DNA from: Chthoniobacteraceae bacterium
Lineage (GTDB): Bacteria > Verrucomicrobiota > Verrucomicrobiia > Chthoniobacterales > Chthoniobacteraceae
Length of the DNA: 12,544 nucleotides
NCBI GenBank assembly: GCA_031409655.1
Contig: JANNXQ010000249.1
Location: forward strand, 1 to 12,544
Direction: 5' to 3'
Shown here: positions 1 through 9,877 of the stretch, piece by piece
How positions within the stretch are numbered: position 1 is the stretch's first letter
Layout: every line of letters starts with the position of its first letter
Notes under the pieces: model-generated
What the model saw: only the letters and a program-made list of their open reading frames with translations
Database searches by the model: none
Told to the model about the DNA's origin: nothing
Program-made: the position numbers and the translations under genes

Positions 1-1
1 A

Positions 2-1321
2 GATTTTAATAATGACGGCACGGGCGGTTTGATGCTGGAGGCATCGGACTTCAACGAGTATTCTTTGCGAATCAATCCGTTCGTGGTTGGTCCGAGCAAG
101 GTCGGCTATCAGTTCAAAACAACGAGCTTAGCAGGTGGGACGACCGTCCCCCTGACGTTCGATAACGCCGGCAACGTCGGCATCGGCACGACCACGCCCG
201 CCACCAAGCTGGAAGTCGCGGGCACCATCACCGCCACGGCTTTCAGCGGCCCGGTCACCGGCAACGTGAGCGGGAGCGCGGCGAGCTTCACCGGCTCGCT
301 GGCGGGAAATGTCACCGGCACGCAGGGCGCGACCGTCGTCGCCAGCGTCGGTGGCGTGACTGCGGCGAATGTGGCCGCGGGCGCGAACCTCGCCAATGCG
401 GCGACGACGGCGAACACGCCGAACACGATCGTGAAACGGGATGCCAGCGGGACGATCCCCGCCAGCGCGGTGGCTACGGCACCGCCGGGGATGGCGCTCA
501 TTCCGGCGGGGACATTCACGATGGGCAACTCGATCGGGGATGCCGACATCACGGATGCGACTCCGATCAAGACGACGGTGTCGGCGTTTTACATGGATGT
601 GAATCTGGTGAGCCTCAGCCAGTGGCAGGCGGTAAAAACCTACGCGGATGCCAACGGCTATACCTTCACCAATGCCGGTTTGGGCAAGGCGGCGACCCAT
701 CCTGTGCAGACGGTGAACTGGTATGACTGCGTGAAGTGGTGCAACGCGCGATCGCAGCAGGCTGGGAGAACACCGGCGTATTACACGGATGCGGGGCTGA
801 CCACGGTCTATAAAACGGGGGAGCCTGGGACGGTCTATGTGGATTGGGTGGTGAGCGGGTATCGTTTGCCGACGGAAGCGGAATGGGAGAAGGCGGCGCG
901 GGGCGGGCGGAGCAATCAGCGGTTTCCGCGGGGCAACACCATTTCCCAAAGCCAGTCGAACTACTACGGAGACACGGCCAGCTATGCCTACGATTTGGGA
1001 CCGAACGGCTACAACGCGGTTGGGAGCGTCGGGGGAACGTCGCCTGCGACGAGTCCTGTGGGCTCGTTTGCGGCGAACGGGTATGGTCTGAAAGACATGG
1101 CTGGGAATGCGTTCCAGTGGTGTTGGGATTGGTATGGGACTCCGTATGCTGGAGGCAGCGATCCCTACGGGCCAGCTTCGGGCTCGGACCGCGTGCTCCG
1201 CGGCGGCTCTTGGTTCGACTTCGCGGACCTCGCGCGCTGCGCGAGCCGCGACTACTACTACGGCCCGACGAGCGCCTACGACAACTTTGGCTTCCGGGCT
1301 GTGCTGCCCCCAGGTCAGTGA
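2..1321 (+). CDS. 5'-truncated protein with tail-fibre-like stalk and C-terminal FGE-sulfatase (SUMF1/EgtB/PvdO-like, CLec-fold) domain; candidate DGR target
   Basis: The frame is open from position 2 (DFNNDGTGGLMLE...), so the true start is probably upstream of the window. Motifs MALIPAGTFTMG, HPVQTVNWYD, YRLPTEAEWEKAARGG, NGYGLKDMAGNAFQWCWD, RVLRGGSW and GFRAV are typical of the FGE-sulfatase family. The N-terminal GNVGIGTTTPATKLEVAG and Gly/Ala/Thr-rich segments resemble fibre repeats. Confidence 0.9.
   Translation, partial: DFNNDGTGGLMLEASDFNEYSLRINPFVVGPSKVGYQFKTTSLAGGTTVPLTFDNAGNVGIGTTTPATKLEVAGTITATAFSGPVTGNVSGSAASFTGSLAGNVTGTQGATVVASVGGVTAANVAAGANLANAATTANTPNTIVKRDASGTIPASAVATAPPGMALIPAGTFTMGNSIGDADITDATPIKTTVSAFYMDVNLVSLSQWQAVKTYADANGYTFTNAGLGKAATHPVQTVNWYDCVKWCNARSQQAGRTPAYYTDAGLTTVYKTGEPGTVYVDWVVSGYRLPTEAEWEKAARGGRSNQRFPRGNTISQSQSNYYGDTASYAYDLGPNGYNAVGSVGGTSPATSPVGSFAANGYGLKDMAGNAFQWCWDWYGTPYAGGSDPYGPASGSDRVLRGGSWFDFADLARCASRDYYYGPTSAYDNFGFRAVLPPGQ
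1187..1321 (+). other. Putative DGR variable region (VR) and IMH-like 3' end
   Basis: Codons at the usual CLec variable positions are NNC (GAC, CTC, TTC GAC TTC, GAC CTC, AGC, GAC TAC TAC TAC GGC, AGC GCC TAC GAC AAC). The intervening scaffold codons are almost adenine-free. Confidence 0.6.
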
Positions 1322-1619
1322 GCAACAGAACAGCTAGCGGAACTGCCCGGAGCAGGCGAGGCGGAGCGAGGGACGAGCGCAGCCTGACTGCGGAGCGATC
1401 GAAGCGAATGAAACTTCCCGAACTGGAAAAGAGAAAGCCCGCGCAGCGGCGGAAATGTTTGTGAAGCCTTGAATCATGCCCAAGCCCGCCCCCATCCCGC
1501 CCCCGCGCCGGCTGCCCATCGAACCGGGAACATCCCACTTTGAACAAGGAACCATGAACGCCCCCGCCGCCGATCCTTCGCCGACCCTCGCAAGGACGCG
1601 CGCTTCGCAGCCTCCTGCC

Positions 1620-2021
1620 TCAAACCGACCAGTCTTCCACGCGCAGGCCGGGGATGCGGTTGAATTCCCCCGTGTTACCGGTGACGACGGTCAGGTCGTT
1701 GGCCAGGGCAATCGAGGCAATCAGGAGATCGTTCAAGCCGATGGACCTGCCCTCTTTCTCCAGCGTATCGCGCGCAGTCGCGTAGTGATGCGCGGCGGCG
1801 CGGTCGAAATCGAAGTTCTCCAGCGGATCCAGCACCCTCTCGACCCGCTCCCGCCGTTCGGCGGGGTTTTCGTATTTCCGTGCGCCGTGCAGCAGTTCAG
1901 CCCACACCACGGAGCAGGTGGCGATTTGATCCCTGGGAGTCGCCTCCAGCCGCGCCCGAATGCTGGTTTGCCGGCCTTTGAAATAGAGGATCCAGGCGTT
2001 GGTATCGAGCAGGTAGCGCAT
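1620..2021 (-). CDS. vapC: PIN-domain VapC family toxin
   Basis: MRYLLDTN at the N-terminus, ELLHG, and NDLLIASIALANDLTVVTGNTGEF carry the PIN acidic residues. The ATG at 2021 overlaps the upstream stop (TGATG); a GTG at 2024 is an alternative start. Confidence 0.92.
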   Translation of the reverse strand: MRYLLDTNAWILYFKGRQTSIRARLEATPRDQIATCSVVWAELLHGARKYENPAERRERVERVLDPLENFDFDRAAAHHYATARDTLEKEGRSIGLNDLLIASIALANDLTVVTGNTGEFNRIPGLRVEDWSV

Positions 2022-2263
2022 CACCAGTTGGCGATGGGTTCGAGGGGCGAGTCCGCCGGGAAGTCGAAGGGCTCATTGGCGAAGCAACCCGCCGTTTGCT
2101 CGAAGTATCCGACCGGCCAGCCTTTCGCATCCACCTCGACGGGCTTGGCCTTCGATGGCTGCACGAGGGCAATCGCATCGCGCACCAGCCGCTCCAGCTT
2201 GGAGGCCGAGTCGGGGTCGAGTTCCTTGAGGGTGGCTTGCAAGTCCACTGTGACCGTGCTCAT
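2021..2263 (-). CDS. Putative antitoxin (80 aa) of the upstream-encoded VapB type
   Basis: Small ORF translationally coupled to vapC. Acidic C-terminus GWPVGYFEQTAGCFANEPFDFP resembles VapB-type tails. Start taken at MSTVTVDL (ATG 2263), which sits behind a promoter-like motif. Confidence 0.75.
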   Translation of the reverse strand: MSTVTVDLQATLKELDPDSASKLERLVRDAIALVQPSKAKPVEVDAKGWPVGYFEQTAGCFANEPFDFPADSPLEPIANW

Positions 2264-2269
2264 GGCGGG

Positions 2270-2298
2270 ACGCTGCCACACACGGTGGGAAATGCCAA
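2270..2298 (-). promoter_or_regulatory. Putative sigma70 promoter for the leftward TA module (leaderless)
   Basis: Minus strand reads TTGGCA-N17-CAGCGT, with TG upstream of the -10, then 6 nt to the ATG at 2263. The -10 match is weak. Confidence 0.4.
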
Positions 2299-2364
2299 CC
2301 GCAGAATCCGGGGATGCCCGCCGAGGGTAAACCATTCCCTGATGCCGCCGATGCAAACCATCCG

Positions 2365-2393
2365 TTGCCCGATGCGACCGGTTTCGCTAGTCT
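2365..2393 (+). promoter_or_regulatory. Putative sigma70 promoter for the rightward TA module (leaderless)
   Basis: TTGCCC (2365-2370)-N17-TAGTCT (2388-2393), then 7 nt to the ATG at 2401. No Shine-Dalgarno sequence. Confidence 0.55.
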
Positions 2394-2400
2394 CCGCGCC

Positions 2401-2628
2401 ATGATTACCATCCAGGAAACACTCGTGGTGGATGCGCAAGGGCAGGCCGTGATCACGCTGCCGCCCTCGGTGAAGCCGGGGCCGCACCGGGCGGTGGTGC
2501 AGATCGAGGACGAGGTGGAGGCCGCGCCCGCAAAGCCCGTGACCCCGAAGGCGGGATGCCTGAAAGGCTTTTGGATGGCCCCGGACTTTGACGCGCCGCT
2601 GGAGGATTTCCGGGAGTATATGGAATGA
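2401..2628 (+). CDS. Putative antitoxin, DUF2281-like (75 aa)
   Basis: C-terminal PKAGCLKGFWMAPDFDAPLEDFREYME is characteristic of DUF2281-type antitoxin tails. ATGA overlap with the downstream PIN gene. Confidence 0.82.
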   Translation: MITIQETLVVDAQGQAVITLPPSVKPGPHRAVVQIEDEVEAAPAKPVTPKAGCLKGFWMAPDFDAPLEDFREYME

Positions 2629-3011
2629 AGCTGCTGCTCGATACGCATGCGCTGATTTGGTTTCTGGAGAATGACCCGAAACTGAGCGCAGCGGCGCGGG
2701 AGGTGATCGAGGAACCCGCGAACCAGCGATGGGTGAGCATGGCCAGCGGATGGGAGATCGCGATCAAGGCGCAGATCGGGAAGCTGCGGTTGCCGCTGGC
2801 TTTCGAGGGATTGTTTCCCGGTGCGCTGGAAGCACGCGGCTTTTCCATCCTGCCGATTCAGGCGGGACATTTGCACCGCTATCACGCGCTGCCGCTGCAT
2901 CACCGCGATCCTTTCGACCGGCTGCTCGTCGCGCAGGCGTTGGCGGATGGATTCAGCGTCGTCGGCAACGATGCGGCGTTCGATGCCTATGGCGTGACGC
3001 GCATCTGGTGA
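2625..3011 (+). CDS. vapC: PIN-domain VapC family toxin (Sll0205-like subtype)
   Basis: MKLLLDTHALIW, WEIAIK..IGKL, LPLHHRDPFDRLLVAQA and D..FDAYGV..IW motifs. Confidence 0.93.
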   Translation: MKLLLDTHALIWFLENDPKLSAAAREVIEEPANQRWVSMASGWEIAIKAQIGKLRLPLAFEGLFPGALEARGFSILPIQAGHLHRYHALPLHHRDPFDRLLVAQALADGFSVVGNDAAFDAYGVTRIW

Positions 3012-3033
3012 CGCGACCACTTTCTCTCCTGCC

Positions 3034-3942
3034 ATGAAAACACCCATCCTCCTCGCCGCGGTGCTCGCACCTGCGCTGTCCTTCGCCGGCCCGCGCACTT
3101 CCACAAACTACACCATCGCCACCGATACAGCCGACGCCGGCGGCAAACGCACCACGAGCGCAAACTACACGAACGACGGCAGCGCGGGCGGAGTCGCGGG
3201 CATCTCCACCGTCGCCGCCCCCGCCGAGACGGCGAAGCACGGCTACCTCGGCCAGCTTTACGACGTGACCGGCCTGGTGCTCAACGCCACGCCCACCACG
3301 GTGAACGAAGGCGGCACGCTGCAACTCAGCGCCGGGCAACTGCTCGATGACGCCACCACGCTCGCGGTGCCTGCTGCGTCTGTAACTTGGAGCGTGGCCG
3401 CGGGACCACTGACCGGGATCAATACCAGCGGAGTCGCTACCGCCGGCGCGGTGTATCAAGCCACCGCCGCCACCGCGCAGGGCATTTTTGCCGGCAACAC
3501 CAGCACCCTCGCGCTCACCGTGCTCAATGTGAACTTGGATAACTTCGGCGCCTACGCCGGCGATACCCTCGACGACGCCTGGCAGGTGCAATACTTCGGC
3601 CAGCCCCCGAACGCGAACGCCGGCCCGCTCGTGGACTTCGACCGCGACGGCCAGACCAACGCCTTCGAATACACCGCCGGGCTCATCCCCACCGACGCGA
3701 ACTCCGTCTTCCGCCTGCGCCTCGAAACGGTCCCCGCCCAGCCCGGCCAGAAGCGCGTGATCTTCAGCCCGCGCCTCACCGACCGCACTTACATCGTGAA
3801 GGCCAAACCCAGCCTGCTCACCGGCCCCTTCGCCCCGCTCGGCAGTTCGTCCTTCTCCGACAACGCCCAGGAGCGCACGGTCACCGACCTGAGCGCCAGC
3901 GGTGCGACGAAGTTTTACCAGGTGGAGATCACCAAGCCGTAG
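3034..3942 (+). CDS. Secreted protein with Ig-like domain, TSP3-like Ca-binding motif and Verrucomicrobia-type C-terminal domain
   Basis: Signal peptide MKTPILLAAVLAPALSFA. Ig-like segment TVNEGGTLQLSA...VTWSV...GINTSGVAT. DDAWQVQYFG...DFDRDGQTNAFEYTAG motif and terminal KFYQVEITKP. Strong GC3 codon bias. Confidence 0.8.
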   Translation: MKTPILLAAVLAPALSFAGPRTSTNYTIATDTADAGGKRTTSANYTNDGSAGGVAGISTVAAPAETAKHGYLGQLYDVTGLVLNATPTTVNEGGTLQLSAGQLLDDATTLAVPAASVTWSVAAGPLTGINTSGVATAGAVYQATAATAQGIFAGNTSTLALTVLNVNLDNFGAYAGDTLDDAWQVQYFGQPPNANAGPLVDFDRDGQTNAFEYTAGLIPTDANSVFRLRLETVPAQPGQKRVIFSPRLTDRTYIVKAKPSLLTGPFAPLGSSSFSDNAQERTVTDLSASGATKFYQVEITKP

Positions 3943-3943
3943 C

Positions 3944-4042
3944 GAAAGTAGTCATGGGCTTTAGCCCGTGAAGACATGGCGCGCTGAGGGAGCGATCGAT
4001 CCGATTCGCCGCCTGGACGGGCTAAAGCCCAGCACTACTTTC
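3944..4042. repeat. GTAG-family REP doublet (REPIN-like)
   Basis: Inverted arms 3944-3969 (GAAAGTAGTCATGGGCTTTAGCCCGT) and 4017-4042 match at 24/26 nt. Each arm has GTAG followed by a GGGCT-TT-AGCCC palindrome. It begins 2 nt after the stop codon. Confidence 0.85.
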
Positions 4043-4196
4043 CGCGGCACGACGAAGTTCTGCCAGGCGGAATGCCGATAAGGCTGCTCGCTGCCTGCTC
4101 GCCCGCCGAAAGCGAGTGGCCTGCCGGCACCCTCGCTCTACGATAGCGCCCTATGGCTCGCGGCCATTCCGGGTTAGCTACGCCGACTCTCTTTCA

Positions 4197-5510
4197 ATGA
4201 TGCTCCATCGCCGCCAATTCCTCCGCCACCTCGGCGTTTCTGCCGCCGCGCTGCCTTTCCTCGCGGGGCTGCCCAGCCTCACCGGTGCGCCGCTGCCGCA
4301 GCGACGCCAGCGCCTGGTCATCATGTTCTCGCCGAATGGCACGCTGCCGCAGGATTTCTGGCCCGATGCCGCGGGCGACGAACTGGTCTTCAAGCCGATC
4401 CTGCAGCCGCTCGAACCCTTCCGCGATCGCACGCTCATGCTCCACGGCATCGCCAACAAAATCCGCGGCGATGGTGACGGGCACATGCGCGGGATGAGTT
4501 GTCTGCTCACCGGCACGGAGCTGCTGCCCGGCAATATCCGCGGCGGTGGCGGCCAGCCAGCAGGCTGGGCCAGCGGCATCTCGATCGATCAGGAGATCAA
4601 AAACTTCCTCCAGAGCCGGCCGGAGACACGGACGCGTTTCGGCTCGCTGGAACTCGGCGTCGCGGTGCCCGATCGCGCCGACCCATGGACGCGGATGAGC
4701 TACGCTGGGGCGAATCAACCCGTCGCGCCGGTGGACGATCCGTATCAGATGTTCGCGAAGCTTTACGGACGGATGAAGGATCGCGACAGCCTCGTGAGCA
4801 TCCTCGACGACGTGCGCGAAGATCTCGGCCGCGTCTCCACGAAGCTCAGCGCGCGCGACAAGGCGCTGCTCGAACAACACGTCACGCTGGTGCGGAATCT
4901 GGAGCAGGAACTTTCCAACAACGCCGCCGACAAAACGGTCGCGCATCCGATGCCCGAACTCGACCCGAGCATCGAACTCGTGAACGACAACACCCCCCAG
5001 ATCTCGCGGATGCAGATCGACCTGCTGGTCAACGCGCTGGCCAATGACATGACCCGCGTCGCCACGCTGCAATACATGCGCAGCGTCGGTCAGGCGCAGA
5101 TGCGCTGGCTCGGCATCGAGGAAGGCCACCACTCGCTCTCGCACGAGCCCGACACCAACACCGGCGCCTACGAGAAGCTGCAGAAGATCAACACCTGGTT
5201 CGCCGGGGAATTCGCCTATCTCGCGAAACGTCTCGCCGAGACGCCCGAGCCCACTGGCGAAGGCTCGATGCTCGATCACACCCTGCTCGTCTGGACGAAC
5301 GAACTCGGCAAAGGCAACTCGCACACCCTCGACAATATCCCCTGCGTGCTGGTCGGCGGCGGCGCCGGATTCAAGATGGGCCGCAGCCTCCAGCTCGGCA
5401 ACGTGCCGCACAACCGGCTATGGCTCAGCGTTGCGAATGCGCTGGGCCATGACCTCAAGACCTTCGGTAAGGCCGAACTCTGCGAAGGCGGCGCGCTGAA
5501 TCTGGCGTAG
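4197..5510 (+). CDS. DUF1552 domain-containing protein (Tat-like N-terminus)
   Basis: RRQFLRHLG...LPFL N-terminus, [73 protein letters not shown]. Start at ATG 4197 or 4200. Confidence 0.88.
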   Translation: MMLHRRQFLRHLGVSAAALPFLAGLPSLTGAPLPQRRQRLVIMFSPNGTLPQDFWPDAAGDELVFKPILQPLEPFRDRTLMLHGIANKIRGDGDGHMRGMSCLLTGTELLPGNIRGGGGQPAGWASGISIDQEIKNFLQSRPETRTRFGSLELGVAVPDRADPWTRMSYAGANQPVAPVDDPYQMFAKLYGRMKDRDSLVSILDDVREDLGRVSTKLSARDKALLEQHVTLVRNLEQELSNNAADKTVAHPMPELDPSIELVNDNTPQISRMQIDLLVNALANDMTRVATLQYMRSVGQAQMRWLGIEEGHHSLSHEPDTNTGAYEKLQKINTWFAGEFAYLAKRLAETPEPTGEGSMLDHTLLVWTNELGKGNSHTLDNIPCVLVGGGAGFKMGRSLQLGNVPHNRLWLSVANALGHDLKTFGKAELCEGGALNLA

Positions 5511-5539
5511 CCGCGCTCACGCACCGCAGTTCTCCCCCC

Positions 5540-6958
5540 ATGAAAACACGCATCCTCTGCGCGCTGATCTGCGCACTTCCACTCTGCTCGGCCGTGTCCG
5601 CCGCACCGCTTCGGGCGGGAGCGGCTGCGGTCGAGATCACACCAAAGATTTTTCCCCTGAATATGTCGGGCGGCTTCAGCGCGAATACGGCGGAGCGCGC
5701 GCACGATCCACTCCATGCGCGCGCTCTCGTGCTCGATGATGGCCAGACGACGCTCGCGATGGTGGTCGTCGATAATCTCGGGGCCGGTCCTGAGGTGCTC
5801 GATGAAGTGAAGGCGCTCGCGGCGAGCCGCACCGGCATGGACCCCGCGAAGATGCTGATCAGCTCTACGCACACGCACTCGGGCCCTTCGCTGAATACGC
5901 GCTCGGCGGAGGCGGCTGCGTATTGGAAGCTCTTCGTCGAAGGGACCGCCGAGTCGATCATCAAGGCGCACGCGGCGCTGCGGCCGGCGGCGTTTGGCGC
6001 CGCGGCTCACCCGCTGCCGGACGAAGTGTACAATCGCCGCTGGTTTTTGAAGCCGGGCAAAATGCCGCTGAATCCTTTCGGGAAAATGGATCAGGTGAAG
6101 ATGAACCCAGGCACGAACCCCGATGTCCTCGACCGGCCCGCGGGTCCGACGGATCCCGACATCACAGTGATCTCCGTGCAGGACACGAAGCGAAAGCCGA
6201 TCGCACTCTTCGCCAACTACGCGCTGCACTACGTCGGCGGTGCGCCGAAGGGGCAGGTGTCGGCGGACTACTTCGGGGAGTTCGCGCGGCTTATGCCGTC
6301 GCGCTTGCACGGAGACGAAAGCTTCGTCGCGATGCTGTCGAACGGCGCGTCCGGCGACATCAATAACATCCCCTTCGGCGTCACGCGGCCTCCGCGCGAG
6401 CCCTTTGAGCAGATCCGCATCGTCGCGCAAAAAGCCGCGGACACCGCGTGGCTCGCGCAGCGGAAAATCGAGAAGCATCAGACGGATGTCCGTCTCGGTA
6501 TGGTGCAGCGCGAGGTGACGCTGCGCTATCGCCGTCCGGCCGCGGATGAGGTGACGGAAGCGCGCGCGGTGCTGGCGGTGAAAGCCCAGGACGCCGTCGA
6601 AAAGCTGCCGCGACTCGCCCAGAATTACGCCCGCAACGTCGTCGCTGCGTCCGAGCAGCCCGAAGAGACCATCACGGTGAAAGTGCAGGCCATCCGCATC
6701 GGCGACTTTGCCGTGTGCGGCATTCCGTTTGAGACCTTCGTCGAGATCGGTCTTGATCTAAAGAAACGCAGCCCATTTCCGCAGACCATGGTGGTCGGCC
6801 TCGCGAATGGCCGCCACGGCTACCTGCCGACGCTCGAACAACACCCGCTCGGCGGCTACGAGACGTGGCTCGGCACGAACCGCGTGCAGGAAGACACGTC
6901 GGTGATCCTCACCAAAAATCTCCTGGAGATGCTCGGGGAGTTGAAGCGGCTCGAATGA
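5540..6958 (+). CDS. Secreted neutral/alkaline ceramidase-like hydrolase (PVC-type)
   Basis: Signal peptide. LRAGAAAVEITP, HDPLHARALVLDDG, SSTHTHSGP, NYALHY, SADYFG, GASGDIN, PFETFVEIG and LANG..GYLPT....GGYE motifs. Confidence 0.8.
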   Translation: MKTRILCALICALPLCSAVSAAPLRAGAAAVEITPKIFPLNMSGGFSANTAERAHDPLHARALVLDDGQTTLAMVVVDNLGAGPEVLDEVKALAASRTGMDPAKMLISSTHTHSGPSLNTRSAEAAAYWKLFVEGTAESIIKAHAALRPAAFGAAAHPLPDEVYNRRWFLKPGKMPLNPFGKMDQVKMNPGTNPDVLDRPAGPTDPDITVISVQDTKRKPIALFANYALHYVGGAPKGQVSADYFGEFARLMPSRLHGDESFVAMLSNGASGDINNIPFGVTRPPREPFEQIRIVAQKAADTAWLAQRKIEKHQTDVRLGMVQREVTLRYRRPAADEVTEARAVLAVKAQDAVEKLPRLAQNYARNVVAASEQPEETITVKVQAIRIGDFAVCGIPFETFVEIGLDLKKRSPFPQTMVVGLANGRHGYLPTLEQHPLGGYETWLGTNRVQEDTSVILTKNLLEMLGELKRLE

Positions 6959-6968
6959 AGCCGCGGCG

Positions 6969-7667
6969 TCAGTTGCTCGCGACTTGCACGTTTGCCGCCG
7001 GCGCAAGGCGACCGTGTCGCTGCTCCACGAGCGCGGTGGCGATGGCGTTGGCGAGAGATTCGCGGTATCCGCTGCTCGCACAGCGCGCGCCTTCACTGGG
7101 ATTACTCAGGAAGCCACACTCGACGAGCACGGCGGGATACTCGTTGCGCTTCAGCACGCGGAAGTTTGCCGTCTTCACCCCGCGCGATCCCGTGCCGGGC
7201 AACTCGTCGATCTCATTGAGAATGTTCCGCGCGATCCCGCGCGAAGGCCGCGAGCGATAGAAGACTTCCGCGCCGGCCGCACCTCGCCGGCTGGAATGAT
7301 TGAAGTGGATGCTGACGAAGATGGCGTTGTCCTGGCTGTTGGAAATGCGGGCGCGTTTATCGAGCGGGATGAAACGATCACTGGAGCGGGTCATCACCGT
7401 GCGGAAGCCGGCGCCGCGCAGCTTTGACTCCAGGCGGCGGGCGACATCGAGGCAGTGATCTTTTTCCCGCCCAGCCCAGCGCGAGGTGGCGCCATTGTCA
7501 TGTCCGCCGTGCCCGGCATCGATGACCACCGTGGTGAAGGTGCGGCTGGTATCTTTCACGCCCGTCGCGCAGCCCGAGAGCAGCGACACCATGGCCAACG
7601 CGAGCAGCGGCAGCCATGCCTTGCCCTTGGCGGGCGGAGTGTCGATGCTCTGATGAATGCTGCTCAT
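6969..7667 (-). CDS. N-acetylmuramoyl-L-alanine amidase (Amidase_3), predicted lipoprotein
   Basis: [14 protein letters not shown] in GREKD, FVSIHFN and [12 protein letters not shown] zinc/catalytic motifs. Lipobox LSG-C follows a hydrophobic stretch. Start taken at MSSIH (7667). Confidence 0.92.
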   Translation of the reverse strand: MSSIHQSIDTPPAKGKAWLPLLALAMVSLLSGCATGVKDTSRTFTTVVIDAGHGGHDNGATSRWAGREKDHCLDVARRLESKLRGAGFRTVMTRSSDRFIPLDKRARISNSQDNAIFVSIHFNHSSRRGAAGAEVFYRSRPSRGIARNILNEIDELPGTGSRGVKTANFRVLKRNEYPAVLVECGFLSNPSEGARCASSGYRESLANAIATALVEQRHGRLAPAANVQVASN

Positions 7668-7737
7668 GAAAAAGTTCCCCTTTCGGGAAGTTGCGGCCCT
7701 AGTCACGACGGCCACCTTCCTTTGTCAAGCAGCCGAC

Positions 7738-9876
<2,139 letters not shown>

Positions 9877-9877
9877 T

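Noticed and set aside
1476..2330. 284-aa + strand ORF
   Set aside because: It is antisense to a clear vapC/antitoxin pair, has a Pro-rich low-complexity start and shows no recognisable motif. Treated as a shadow ORF.
1620..3011. TA modules as integron gene cassettes
   Set aside because: No convincing attC sites (RYYYAAC...GTTRRRY with internal palindrome) at the gene ends, and no integrase in the window.
2073..3104. 343-aa minus-strand ORF, and similar long antisense ORFs at 4194-5411, 5276-6478, 7699-8757 and 8815-9684
   Set aside because: Each lies opposite a well-supported gene. Long antisense frames are expected in high-GC3 DNA.
4116..4196. GTG 4116 start for the DUF1552 gene
   Set aside because: The family N-terminus (RRxFLR motif) fits a start at ATG 4197 or 4200.
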